DNA from: an uncultured Ruminococcus sp.
GTDB taxonomy: Bacteria; Bacillota; Clostridia; Oscillospirales; Ruminococcaceae
Direction of reading: 5' to 3'
Assembly (NCBI GenBank): GCA_902787365.1
Contig: CADAGC010000013.1
Span: 2,893-66,892 of the forward strand
Length of the DNA: 64,000 bases
Shown here: in pieces, positions 16,438 through 25,625 of the stretch
Position numbering within the stretch: the first letter of the stretch is position 1
Layout of the letters: each line of letters opens with the position of its first letter
Notes under the pieces: model-generated
Seen by the model: the letters and a program-made list of their open reading frames with translations, nothing else
What the model was told of the DNA's origin: nothing
The model's database searches: none
Program-made: the position numbers and the translations under genes

Positions 16438-17511
16438 TCAGCTCTTCTCTGTATTCATTTGCAAGCTTGAGTGTTTCTCAAAGCCGGGCGATGAGAGCCT
16501 TTTCTTGAACCTCGGGTGCATAACCATAAATTCTTCCGAGCCTATCAGCGTAAGGCCTTTAAGAGCGCCCTTTAATGCTTCAAATTTATCCTTTATCTGA
16601 GGGTCGGTCTTGAATTTGGTCTTGGGGTGAGATTCGAGTATTTTCAGGCACTTTTTTGCGTGGGAGGCAAGGTAATCCGAATGACTTATCAAGCTGTCGC
16701 AATGCTTGATATAATCCATCTTTTGCTGTTTGAGGGTGTCAAGCTTCTCGGGGGTGTCTGCTGCTGCTATATCGTTAAGGATCTGCGGCGGCTTTGGGAT
16801 TGCAGTGAACTTTACCTTGCCGTTGTCAAGCTTATAGTCTTTTTCCATTTTAAAGCCTGTATTATTGGCTTCAAGTGCAAGATAGTTGTGTGTATTTAAA
16901 TACTTCTTCGCCTTTTCAATGTCCATGTTTCTCTTCGCAGCTTCTTTTTCAAGAATACCCAGAGTAGTGGGAGAATCTGTGCCACGGTTGAAAGCGCTAT
17001 CGAACTCAAAAACTGCGACTTGATTTCTCCAAGGCAATGATGTACTTCCGATGTGAGTATGAAAGTTAGTGAGAGCTGAATAGGCAGCAGCGTACTGTTT
17101 GCCCTCTTCGGTCTTTACAAGCGCAATATCATGGCCTAACTTGTTGGCAAGCTTTTCCTTTTCCTTGGGCTCATACTGCTCTATCTCGGGTATCTCGCCG
17201 TTTTTAGCTCTTGCCTGCCACTCGTCTACCTTTTCGCCGTATGAGAGAGTGTTTGCAACAAATATTCTCATAAGCTCGCTGCCAAGAGCGAGAGCGTCCT
17301 GCCTTTTCTCCTCGGGCACTCTTTTAGCATCACCGATGTTGCTGAACTCTCTGAAGAACTGAGTTGCAGTATCTGCATAATCTTCCTCGCCTCTTATCTT
17401 TTCAGGATCCTGCATAGCGTTGATCTCAACGAGCTTGCGTGCAAGTGCGGGAAAATCTTTCTGAGCGTAAAGATCTCTAAGTTCCTGTAATAATTCTTCT
17501 TTTACTGCCAT
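16438..17511 (-). CDS. hypothetical protein, N-terminal fragment of the disrupted gene
   Basis: AGGAGGA SD, MAVKEELLQELRDLYAQKDF. No signal peptide or TM, and no recognisable domain. Confidence 0.6.
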   Translation of the reverse strand: MAVKEELLQELRDLYAQKDFPALARKLVEINAMQDPEKIRGEEDYADTATQFFREFSNIGDAKRVPEEKRQDALALGSELMRIFVANTLSYGEKVDEWQARAKNGEIPEIEQYEPKEKEKLANKLGHDIALVKTEEGKQYAAAYSALTNFHTHIGSTSLPWRNQVAVFEFDSAFNRGTDSPTTLGILEKEAAKRNMDIEKAKKYLNTHNYLALEANNTGFKMEKDYKLDNGKVKFTAIPKPPQILNDIAAADTPEKLDTLKQQKMDYIKHCDSLISHSDYLASHAKKCLKILESHPKTKFKTDPQIKDKFEALKGALKGLTLIGSEEFMVMHPRFKKRLSSPGFEKHSSLQMNTEKS

Positions 17512-17653
17512 GATATATTCCTCCTAAAAGTGATCTATCTGCATAGTAAGCCCTTTTTGGGCGCTTTCATAAGTAATACCCCGGATCGGGGCGAATGGGT
17601 GCAGGGGAGTGAAGATTTTTTTACAGGATAATTTGCAACCCCCCACATATGTC

Positions 17654-17682
17654 TTGACAAACTGCGCAATATGTGACATAAT
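17654..17682 (+). promoter_or_regulatory. promoter for the kptA operon
   Basis: TTGACA (17654-17659), 17 nt, TGaCATAAT (17674-17682). Confidence 0.6.
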
Positions 17683-17741
17683 TGTTTTAGAAAGCACCTG
17701 CTGTGCAGGTGATGTATAAATGATCAGCGGGAGTTTTATTT

Positions 17742-18317
17742 ATGTCAAGACCGAGAAATGACGATATATCCCTCGGGCGGTTCATAAGCCTTGTGCTGCG
17801 CCACCACCCCGAGGCCATAAACATTACCCTTGATAAAGAGGGCTGGGCAGACACCAGAGAACTGCTCGACGGCATAAACGCCACGGGCAGGCGGATAGAT
17901 ATGACCGCCCTGGAGCGCATAGTGCGTGAGAACAACAAGCAGCGCTACAGCTTCAATGCGGATAAGTCAAAGATACGTGCAAACCAGGGGCACAGCATAC
18001 CTGTTGATATCAAGATGCGGCAGGTGACGCCGCCCGACAGGCTCTATCACGGCACGAGCGAGACAAATCTGCCCCTTATAAAAGAAAGCGGCATAAAGAA
18101 GATGAGCAGGCTTTATGTTCACCTGTCTTATGACGTTGAAACTGCCGTAACAGTCGGCAGCAGGCACGGCAAGCCCGTGGTGCTTATCATCGACACGGCG
18201 GCTATGGTGAAGGACGGCTACACCTTTATGCTATCAGACAACGGCGTGTGGCAGTCGCAGGATATACCCTTTAAGTACGTTACCGACATAATCACCGACA
18301 TGGAGAGCTTAAGATGA
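17742..18317 (+). CDS. kptA: RNA 2'-phosphotransferase (Tpt1/KptA family)
   Basis: ISLGRFISLVLRHHPE...LDKEGWADTRELL...RYSFNADKSKIRANQGHSI...LYHGTS: the conserved R-H-R-R Tpt1 signature blocks. Confidence 0.9.
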   Translation: MSRPRNDDISLGRFISLVLRHHPEAINITLDKEGWADTRELLDGINATGRRIDMTALERIVRENNKQRYSFNADKSKIRANQGHSIPVDIKMRQVTPPDRLYHGTSETNLPLIKESGIKKMSRLYVHLSYDVETAVTVGSRHGKPVVLIIDTAAMVKDGYTFMLSDNGVWQSQDIPFKYVTDIITDMESLR

Positions 18318-18670
18318 AGCGCAGGCTCATAATTGCTGTATGCATAGGGCTTTTTGTAATAAGCGGGGGGCTGAGCCTGTATTTTTACCTGCGCCCTGCA
18401 GGGCGTGTAGTCGAGATAATCAGCGACGGCACCACCCTCTACGAGCTTGACCTTGACAAAGAGCCTGACCGTGAGATAACCGTTGAATACAAAGGCAGAA
18501 AGAACATCATCAAGATAGAAAAGGGCGATATCTACGTATCAGCAGCCGACTGCCCCGACCACACCTGCATGAAAACGGGTAAGCTCTCACAAAGCGGCGT
18601 GCCCATAGTCTGCCTGCCTAACAAGCTGATAATAAGATACAAGGAGGGCGCCGACACAGATGCCGCATAA
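18314..18670 (+). CDS. NusG domain II-containing membrane-anchored protein
   Basis: N-terminal TM, then IKIEKGDIYVSAADCPDHTCMKTGKLSQSGVPIVCLPNKLII (CPDxxC motif of this family). Start overlaps the kptA stop (ATGA). Confidence 0.7.
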   Translation: MKRRLIIAVCIGLFVISGGLSLYFYLRPAGRVVEIISDGTTLYELDLDKEPDREITVEYKGRKNIIKIEKGDIYVSAADCPDHTCMKTGKLSQSGVPIVCLPNKLIIRYKEGADTDAA

Positions 18671-19157
18671 ACAAAACACCCGCCGACTTGCCGAACTATC
18701 GGTGCTTGTGGCGGTGTCTTTAATAATGTTTGTGATAGAGATGCAGCTGCCGCCGGTAGTGCCCGTGCCTGGGGTCAAGCTGGGGCTTGCGAATATCGTC
18801 ACCGTTTTTGCGGTGTATAAATACGCCCCCCACGAGGCTATACTTGTGTTTTTGGCAAGGGTGCTGTTAGGCTCGCTCTTTGCGGGGAATGTTCAGGCAC
18901 TTATCTTCAGCATAAGCGGTGGAGCGCTATGTCTGCTCGGTATGATAGCCATAAGCCGAATCACCGACAAGGATATGATGATTCCCGCAAGTGTGATAGG
19001 TGCGGTACTTCACAACATAGGCCAGACCGCCGCTGCGGTATTTGTTATGAACACGACTGCGGTGATAGCCTATCTGCCCTATCTGCTCTTTGCAGGCTGC
19101 ATAGCAGGGGCGTTCACGGGCGCCTGCGCTTATGCGGTATCGAAAAGAATACCATAA
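18660..19157 (+). CDS. Gx transporter family protein (heptaprenyl diphosphate synthase component I-like)
   Basis: Five-TM protein with LPPVVPVPGVKLGLANIVTVFAV motif; the usual partner of the NusG-II protein. Confidence 0.7.
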   Translation: MPHKQNTRRLAELSVLVAVSLIMFVIEMQLPPVVPVPGVKLGLANIVTVFAVYKYAPHEAILVFLARVLLGSLFAGNVQALIFSISGGALCLLGMIAISRITDKDMMIPASVIGAVLHNIGQTAAAVFVMNTTAVIAYLPYLLFAGCIAGAFTGACAYAVSKRIP

Positions 19158-19163
19158 ATAAAA

Positions 19164-19194
19164 CCCCGCTGCAAGCGCTATGCCTGCGGCGGGG
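19164..19194. terminator. terminator hairpin between convergent units
   Basis: CCCCGCTGCA...TGCGGCGGGG stem followed by AATGTTGTTTT. Confidence 0.6.
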
Positions 19195-19212
19195 AATGTT
19201 GTTTTATGTGGT

Positions 19213-19956
19213 TTACCAGTTTACTGCTACGTCAACCTGTGTGGCGTTGTCGCCTACGAAAACGGGGCTTGTGTCACACACGATAGCCGTGCCGAGCGAC
19301 GTTGAGATGATAGTTCCTCTCGGCCTTAGTTCAAGGTTACAGGCGACCATTATATAATCACCCAGCATCTTGCAGCCGTCCTCCCTTACCCAGTAGGGGT
19401 AAGCGTCTTCGGAGTAGCCCTGGTTTCTCATTATGTTTACTACACCGCTCATATCGAGGTTGTAGTATGTCTCCTTGCCCGAGGGGCCGTAATACACGCC
19501 CGAGAAAGTGTTGAGCTTGCCGCTCTGGTCCCAGTTTGTGTTTACTGTGTTAGCAGCGGCCTTCTTAGCGTCTTCTGCGGCCTGCTTCTTCTTGGCTTCC
19601 TCTGCCTTTTTCTTGGCTTCGGCTTTCTTTCTCTTTTCCTCTGCCTTTTTTTTCTCGGCAGCCTTTTTCTTTTCGGCCTTTGCCTTTTCTATCTGTTCCT
19701 TTGTGCATTTAACGTTGTTCTTTACCGAGCTCTTGAAGAGCACGCTTGCATTCTGAACGTGGATAAAGTTTCCGTCTGCGCTGTCACCTACTGCTTTGAG
19801 GGCGTCTATGCTTACCTCTGCTGTATTGATAGCGGCGGTGTATTCCTTATTGTCTTGAATGGATGATGCATCGGATGCAAAGGCTGTCATACCTGCTATC
19901 ATAAGCGCCGAGGCTGCAAGAGTCACGATACCCATAATGCTTTTGTTCTTACGCAT
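19213..19956 (-). CDS. secreted protein with Lys/Ala/Glu-rich linker and C-terminal 3D/DPBB-like domain (putative cell-wall acting)
   Basis: Signal peptide MRKNKSIMGIVTLAASALMIAGMTAFA. KAEKKKAAEKKKAEEKRKKAEAKKKAEEAKKK linker. C-terminal block GPSGKETYYNLDM...TSLGTAIVCDTSP. The domain assignment is tentative. Confidence 0.45.
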   Translation of the reverse strand: MRKNKSIMGIVTLAASALMIAGMTAFASDASSIQDNKEYTAAINTAEVSIDALKAVGDSADGNFIHVQNASVLFKSSVKNNVKCTKEQIEKAKAEKKKAAEKKKAEEKRKKAEAKKKAEEAKKKQAAEDAKKAAANTVNTNWDQSGKLNTFSGVYYGPSGKETYYNLDMSGVVNIMRNQGYSEDAYPYWVREDGCKMLGDYIMVACNLELRPRGTIISTSLGTAIVCDTSPVFVGDNATQVDVAVNW

Positions 19957-20393
19957 GATCTGTAAAACACTCCTTCTTAGTCGTCAGAGGCTTTTGCCTC
20001 TCATGTGTTCCTTACTTGTCCGTTTTATTATCATTCCTACGCCTACTATTATAACAGATTTTTCCTTTGCTTATACCGCTTTTTAAAAAAAGTTCAAAAT
20101 GATTTGTCGGTTTTGCTATTTTTATTTTCAAATAAGCCGAAATAGTATACAAAAAGCCACAAGCTTTTTTGGAGAATATGAACAAAGAGTATTTTGGCAA
20201 ACATATATTGCCTAATCGCCCTGATTTTGTTTACTGCATGAGCAAAATGCAAAAACAAGCCGTAAAATCTCTTATGATTTTGGTAAAATGCCATATAATA
20301 TTGTGATATTTCATATTTGGTTAACAATATATGCAACATATAGAAACAATTATGTGATATAATTGTTCATATATAAATTTCGGAGGTCATATC

Positions 20394-22634
20394 ATGGACG
20401 TTTCAGAAAAATATCCTCTTGCCTTGCCTAAAGGAACGGTGCTGGCAGGACAGTATGTTATAGACTCGGTGCTCGGTCAGGGCGGCTTTGGCATAACCTA
20501 CAAGGCTACCGACCACAAGACAGGCGAGAACGTTGCGGTCAAGGAGTATTTTCCCGATACACTTGCTTACAGAGATGCGACTGAGGTAATATCCTACCCA
20601 GGCGAGAGAAGCGAGAACTTTGACTACGGCAAGGAGGGCTTTTTGCAGGAGGCGCAGACTCTTGCACAGTTCATCGGCAACGAGAACATAGCCCGCATAC
20701 ACAGCTACTTTGAAGAAAACGGCACGGCTTACTTCGTTATGGAATATATCGAGGGCATAAGCTTTGACGAATACATAAAACGCAAGGGCGGCAAGATAAC
20801 CGTTGACGAGGCCGAGCGTGTGCTCATACCCATTATGGACGCACTTGATGCGGTACACGCAGCAGGCATAGTTCACCGTGACGTAACGCCCGATAACATC
20901 TATATCTGCCAGGACGGCAAGATAAAGCTGCTCGACTTCGGCGCCGCAAGATACAGCTTAGGCGACAAGAGCCGCAGCCTGGACGTAATACTAAAGCACG
21001 GCTTTGCTCCCAAGGAGCAGTATACAAGGCGTGGCAGGCAGGGGCCTTATACCGATATATACAGCATAGCGGCGACTTTCTACTTTGCAATAACCGGCAA
21101 AAGACCGCCCGATTCGGTCGACAGACTTGATGAGGACGACCTTATACCGCCCTCGTCGCTCGGCGTTGATATAACCGACTATCAGGAAAAGGCGCTGTTT
21201 ACAGCTCTTGAAGTGCAGCCGCAGAACCGCTTCCAGTCAATGGCGGTGTTCAAGAAGGTGCTGCTCAATGAGCGCATAGCGGCGGCAGCCCCCGTGAATA
21301 CTCCGCCCCCCGTGGCGCAGCAGCCGGATAATACACAGGCGATACCCCACACCGTGGCAGCTTCGCCCCACCCGTCGCCCGTGCCGCAGGTCGCTGCAAA
21401 CGGTATGCCCGCAGCGCAGGCTAAAAAGAGCGGCGGCAAGAAGATAGCCATAGGTGCTGCCTGCGTGGCGATAGCTGCAGCCATAGGTGCAGCGGTGCTT
21501 ATCCCGGGGCTTTCAAAGAGCGATGACGATGATGATGACAAGGACAGCTCGTCGAAGCATTCGGTAGTTGCGGTTGACAACAGCACATCTGATGATGACG
21601 GCGGTAATGGCGGCAAAGATGAGCCTGCCGTGACTACGGCCAAGAAGGTAGATGATGACCTGCTGACGGGGACTACTACCACGACGACTACTACAGCCAA
21701 GCAGCAAGACCCGCCCTCGTCGGGTGGGGGAGATACGTCGCTTGATGTGCTTGATATGAACAATGTACATCTCGGCGGCTCGGGAACGGTCGTCGGTAGC
21801 ACATTCTACTTCACCGACAACTGGGGAAATGATGTGACGGCTGCCACCACCACCGAAACAAAAAGTATTTTTACCGACCTTGACAAGCCGGTGTCAAACC
21901 TTATGAGATACGGCGATAAATACCTGTATTTTCTTTATGACAAAACGATATACTGCTACTTCCCCGACACGGGCAAGAATGAAGAGGCAACTCTTCTGTC
22001 GCAGTTCAAGAACAAGGTCGAAAAATTCTATATAACCGGAAGCTATTTCTTCATATACAGCGATAAGACCCTTTACCGTGTCGATTTCAGCGGAAATGTC
22101 GAAGAGAGCTATTCGGGTATCGAATACCCCGAAAACTTCATTCTCGTAGACGGGAACCTGTATATACTGGGCGTAGACACAAACGGCGACCCCGGTTTAT
22201 TCAAAATGCCTGCTGACAATTTCGCTGCAGGTGCCAAGGGAATATCAAACGCCAACTGCAGCTGGGATGCGATCGCATCTGACGGGAGCTATATCTATAT
22301 AGCCTCGACAGATATTTCCACAGGTCAGGTATTTATCGAGCAATGCGACCTCGCTATTTCGCAGGTCTATGCTTCGACAGAGGTCTCGTCTGTGGTGGAT
22401 TCTATCTCAATGCTTACCGTATATAATAACAATGTATTCTTTGGCTATTATAATGTAACCGACTCAAACTTCCCGGTATACAGCACAACTCTCAGCGGCA
22501 CGACCTTCAGCAAGCCGAGCAAGATCACAGATTATGCGCTTTCATACAATATAGCGGTATACTCGGGCGGCGGCTTCAGGTTCTCTTATTTCGGAGAAGA
22601 CGGAATATCACACTATCGTGAGTATGATAAATAA
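20394..22634 (+). CDS. Hanks-type Ser/Thr protein kinase with TM and extracellular beta-propeller-like (DUF5050-like) domain
   Basis: GQGGFGITY, VAVKEY, HRDVTPDNI, DFGAAR, GFAPKEQY. Pro-rich linker, TM KIAIGAACVAIAAAIGAAVLIPGL, D/S/T-rich spacer, then repeated YxYF-type blades. Confidence 0.9.
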   Translation: MDVSEKYPLALPKGTVLAGQYVIDSVLGQGGFGITYKATDHKTGENVAVKEYFPDTLAYRDATEVISYPGERSENFDYGKEGFLQEAQTLAQFIGNENIARIHSYFEENGTAYFVMEYIEGISFDEYIKRKGGKITVDEAERVLIPIMDALDAVHAAGIVHRDVTPDNIYICQDGKIKLLDFGAARYSLGDKSRSLDVILKHGFAPKEQYTRRGRQGPYTDIYSIAATFYFAITGKRPPDSVDRLDEDDLIPPSSLGVDITDYQEKALFTALEVQPQNRFQSMAVFKKVLLNERIAAAAPVNTPPPVAQQPDNTQAIPHTVAASPHPSPVPQVAANGMPAAQAKKSGGKKIAIGAACVAIAAAIGAAVLIPGLSKSDDDDDDKDSSSKHSVVAVDNSTSDDDGGNGGKDEPAVTTAKKVDDDLLTGTTTTTTTTAKQQDPPSSGGGDTSLDVLDMNNVHLGGSGTVVGSTFYFTDNWGNDVTAATTTETKSIFTDLDKPVSNLMRYGDKYLYFLYDKTIYCYFPDTGKNEEATLLSQFKNKVEKFYITGSYFFIYSDKTLYRVDFSGNVEESYSGIEYPENFILVDGNLYILGVDTNGDPGLFKMPADNFAAGAKGISNANCSWDAIASDGSYIYIASTDISTGQVFIEQCDLAISQVYASTEVSSVVDSISMLTVYNNNVFFGYYNVTDSNFPVYSTTLSGTTFSKPSKITDYALSYNIAVYSGGGFRFSYFGEDGISHYREYDK

Positions 22635-22666
22635 TAAATAATAATATATATCAGGAGGAAAAACAA

Positions 22667-23371
22667 ATGGCATTACAGGAATGTGCAAACGGTCATCTTT
22701 ACGATACCGACCAGTACCCCACCTGCCCCTATTGCAGAGGAGGTACAAACGTTATCAACTTCGCAGCCCAGAGCAACGTGGGCAAGACGGTGGCTGCGGC
22801 TAACGCAGTTATACCCCCGCAGGGTGCAGCACCGCAGGGAATGGCGCCTCAGGGTATGCCGCCCCAGCAGGTCATGCCCCAGCAGATAACACCGCCTAAC
22901 GAGGTCGGCGCAACGGTAGCGCCCCAGTCATACATCAAACAGCAGCAGCAACAGCAGCAGAACGCTGCCGATGTAGGCAAGACGGTGGGCGTTTTCCAGA
23001 GGAAGATGAACTTTGAGCCTATCGTGGGCTGGCTGGTATGTGTGGGCGGCCACGAAAAGGGTAAGGATTTCCGCATATACGGCAAGAACAACACCATAGG
23101 CCGCAGCGAGAAAATGGACATCTGCATAAAGGGCGACCAGACTATATCGAGGGAAAACCATGCAAGGCTCGCATATGACGAGAAGCACAACGCTTTCCAC
23201 CTTATACCCGCAGACAGCACAAACACTATCTACCTCAACGACGAGCCTGTTTATGTTCCCACAAAGCTTAACGCAAGGGATATCATCGAGTTCGGTGAGT
23301 GCAAGCTTATGTTCGTGCCTCTGTGTGATGAGAACTTCACATGGAAGAGCGTTGACGAAGCCGGGAAGTAA
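22667..23371 (+). CDS. zinc-ribbon plus FHA domain protein
   Basis: CANGHLYDTDQYPTCPYC ribbon, a P/Q-rich linker with a Q run, and a C-terminal FHA (GRSEKMDICIKGDQTISRENHARLAYD...NTIYLNDEPV). Confidence 0.85.
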   Translation: MALQECANGHLYDTDQYPTCPYCRGGTNVINFAAQSNVGKTVAAANAVIPPQGAAPQGMAPQGMPPQQVMPQQITPPNEVGATVAPQSYIKQQQQQQQNAADVGKTVGVFQRKMNFEPIVGWLVCVGGHEKGKDFRIYGKNNTIGRSEKMDICIKGDQTISRENHARLAYDEKHNAFHLIPADSTNTIYLNDEPVYVPTKLNARDIIEFGECKLMFVPLCDENFTWKSVDEAGK

Positions 23372-23373
23372 TT

Positions 23374-24186
23374 ATGGCAGGTATCGAAAACGATGGCAGA
23401 CAGGTGACTGTTTCTCCCATAACACGAGATGAGAAGCTAAGCTACATGGTGTCAAACCTGCAAGGAGTGGGCGCAAGGCAAAGGCAGGAGGATTCCTTTG
23501 CTTTTGTAAATGCGCTTAGCCCCGAGCAGTATCTGCGTGACGGGCTGATGTTTTGCGTGTGTGACGGCATGGGCGGCATGAGCGACGGCAAGGTGGCCTC
23601 TGAAACGGCAGTCGCTTCTCTGAGGAGGACGTTTGCTTCTCTCGACAAGACGGGCAACATCGGCAGACAGCTTGCCGATGGGCTTATCGGGGCATCTGAT
23701 GAGGTGTTTTCACAGCTCGGCGGCGGAGGCGGCAGCACGGCGGTCTTTTGCGTGATAATAGACGAAAAGCTCTATTTCGCAAGCGCAGGAGACAGCTTTC
23801 TCTACCTTTTCCGTGAGGGCAGGCTGATAAGGCTCAACAGCGAGCACAACCTGTGCCACGAGAAATACCTTGAAAATATCAGAGACGGCTACCTCGACAT
23901 AAACGAGCCGAGAAACGACCCCGAAACAAACGCCCTTACGAGCTTTCTCGGAATGGCAGGGGAGCTGACGGTGGACTTAAGCGAGAACGCCATACCGCTT
24001 TTAAGCGGCGACCTGCTTCTTGCCTGCTCTGACGGCGTGGGCGGCGTGCTTTGCGAAAAGGCACTCAAATCCATGCTCATAAGCACCTCTGTTGCCCAGA
24101 TGACAAAGGACATCGAGGAGAGCATAATCACCATGAACAGGGTAAATCAGGATAACTACACCGCACTTATCGTGCAGTGCATTTAA
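23374..24186 (+). CDS. PP2C family Ser/Thr phosphatase (1)
   Basis: RQEDSFAF, VCDGMGGMSDGKVASE, ACSDGV, and a DN motif near the C-terminus. Confidence 0.85.
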   Translation: MAGIENDGRQVTVSPITRDEKLSYMVSNLQGVGARQRQEDSFAFVNALSPEQYLRDGLMFCVCDGMGGMSDGKVASETAVASLRRTFASLDKTGNIGRQLADGLIGASDEVFSQLGGGGGSTAVFCVIIDEKLYFASAGDSFLYLFREGRLIRLNSEHNLCHEKYLENIRDGYLDINEPRNDPETNALTSFLGMAGELTVDLSENAIPLLSGDLLLACSDGVGGVLCEKALKSMLISTSVAQMTKDIEESIITMNRVNQDNYTALIVQCI

Positions 24187-24206
24187 ATCAAAGGACGGTA
24201 AACAAT

Positions 24207-25622
24207 ATGAAGAAGAGTATAATAAAAAGAGCCGCAGGCTTGCTTTCGGCGGCTGTGATGCTCACATCGACCTATGCTGTGCCGTATGTGAGCGCCAAGG
24301 AATTTGACAACTCCACCAAAGAGGGCGTTGTTGCGGTAGTAATGTATCTTAAGGGCAACGTCAAGGCATACACTACCTATGATATGGAGAATTTTGATTT
24401 CCTGAAGGATTTGGGCAGCGAAGCTGAAATTAGCAGCGGCTCGGGCTTTTTCGTAGGTGAGTCAAAGGACGAGGCACAGTATATCGTTACTAACCACCAC
24501 GTTGTTGCAAACTATATTGATTCGGGCGAGGGCGACCAGTTCGTGCAGCTCATTGACGTTCAGCAGGACGCAAACGGTAACAACGTAGGCATAGTTGTTG
24601 CGGCTGATTCCAGCGAGATGAGAATATACTACGATGACAAGGATTATGATGTGGCATACGTTGACTGCTACGGCGATATGAACAAGGTAGACCTTGCAGT
24701 TCTTAAGCTGCGTGAGCCGACCGACAAGAGACATTGCCTTAAGATAAAGGGTGTCGATGAGGATATGGTTGGCGATACCGTTTATACGGTAGGCTACCCC
24801 GGAAATGCCGAGAATGAGTACACAAGTGCGAGCAAATACAGCGTCAATGATGCAACAGTACATAAAGGCTCGATAACCAAGATAGCTCTCAACGAGGGCA
24901 AGGGCGTAGAGAGATTACAGGTAGATGCTACTATACAGCACGGCAACTCGGGCGGCCCCCTCGTTGATGAAGACGGCTATGTTCTGGGCGTTAATACAAA
25001 CGTTGAGTCAAACGTAAAGTACGGCACACAGGTCGAGGCCGACTACTACTCGATAAGCTCAAATGACCTTATGACATTCCTTGACAAGAACAACATCAAG
25101 TACCAGAAGGCCGGCGACAAGGACGATGAGGACAAGGATAAGGACAAGGACGGCGTGAATATTGCCCTTATCGCAGGTATAGCAGGCGGCGTAGTAGTTC
25201 TTGCTGTAATAATCATACTTATCGCAAAGAAGAGCGGCGGCAAGAGCGCACCCGCACCGGCGCAGGGTATGCCTATGCAGCAGCAGGCGCCTGTAAGAAA
25301 GGGCGTTATACGCTCCGAATCAGTTCAGCACGGCGGCAGGACGTTCCCTGTGGGCAAGGCACCCGTTATGATAGGGCGTGACCCCGCAACCTGTGTAATA
25401 GTATATCAGGAGGGCACACCCGGTGTAAGCTCCAAGCACTGCACGGTAAGCTTTGACTCTGCAACGGGCGAGTTCACTCTTACAGACCTTAAGTCGTCAT
25501 TCGGCACTATACTGGCATCTACAGGCCAGAAGCTGCCCCCCAACACACCTATGAAGCTGCGTGCCGGCGAGAAGTTCTACGTAGGCGACAAGGCGAATAT
25601 CATATCTCTTGAACTGGAGTAA
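24207..25622 (+). CDS. secreted trypsin-like (S1) serine protease, single TM, cytoplasmic FHA domain
   Basis: Signal peptide. Triad contexts TNHHVV, DLAVLKL, GNSGGPLV. TM IALIAGIAGGVVVLAVIIILIA. FHA block GRDPATCVIVYQEGTPGVSSKHCTVSFD...FTLTDLKSSFGT. Confidence 0.85.
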   Translation: MKKSIIKRAAGLLSAAVMLTSTYAVPYVSAKEFDNSTKEGVVAVVMYLKGNVKAYTTYDMENFDFLKDLGSEAEISSGSGFFVGESKDEAQYIVTNHHVVANYIDSGEGDQFVQLIDVQQDANGNNVGIVVAADSSEMRIYYDDKDYDVAYVDCYGDMNKVDLAVLKLREPTDKRHCLKIKGVDEDMVGDTVYTVGYPGNAENEYTSASKYSVNDATVHKGSITKIALNEGKGVERLQVDATIQHGNSGGPLVDEDGYVLGVNTNVESNVKYGTQVEADYYSISSNDLMTFLDKNNIKYQKAGDKDDEDKDKDKDGVNIALIAGIAGGVVVLAVIIILIAKKSGGKSAPAPAQGMPMQQQAPVRKGVIRSESVQHGGRTFPVGKAPVMIGRDPATCVIVYQEGTPGVSSKHCTVSFDSATGEFTLTDLKSSFGTILASTGQKLPPNTPMKLRAGEKFYVGDKANIISLELE

Positions 25623-25625
25623 AAA

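Noticed and set aside
15209-16480. Programmed ribosomal frameshifting in the disrupted orphan gene
   Set aside because: There is no slippery heptamer or downstream structure at either site. One site is a simple homopolymer, consistent with a base-calling error or a mutation.
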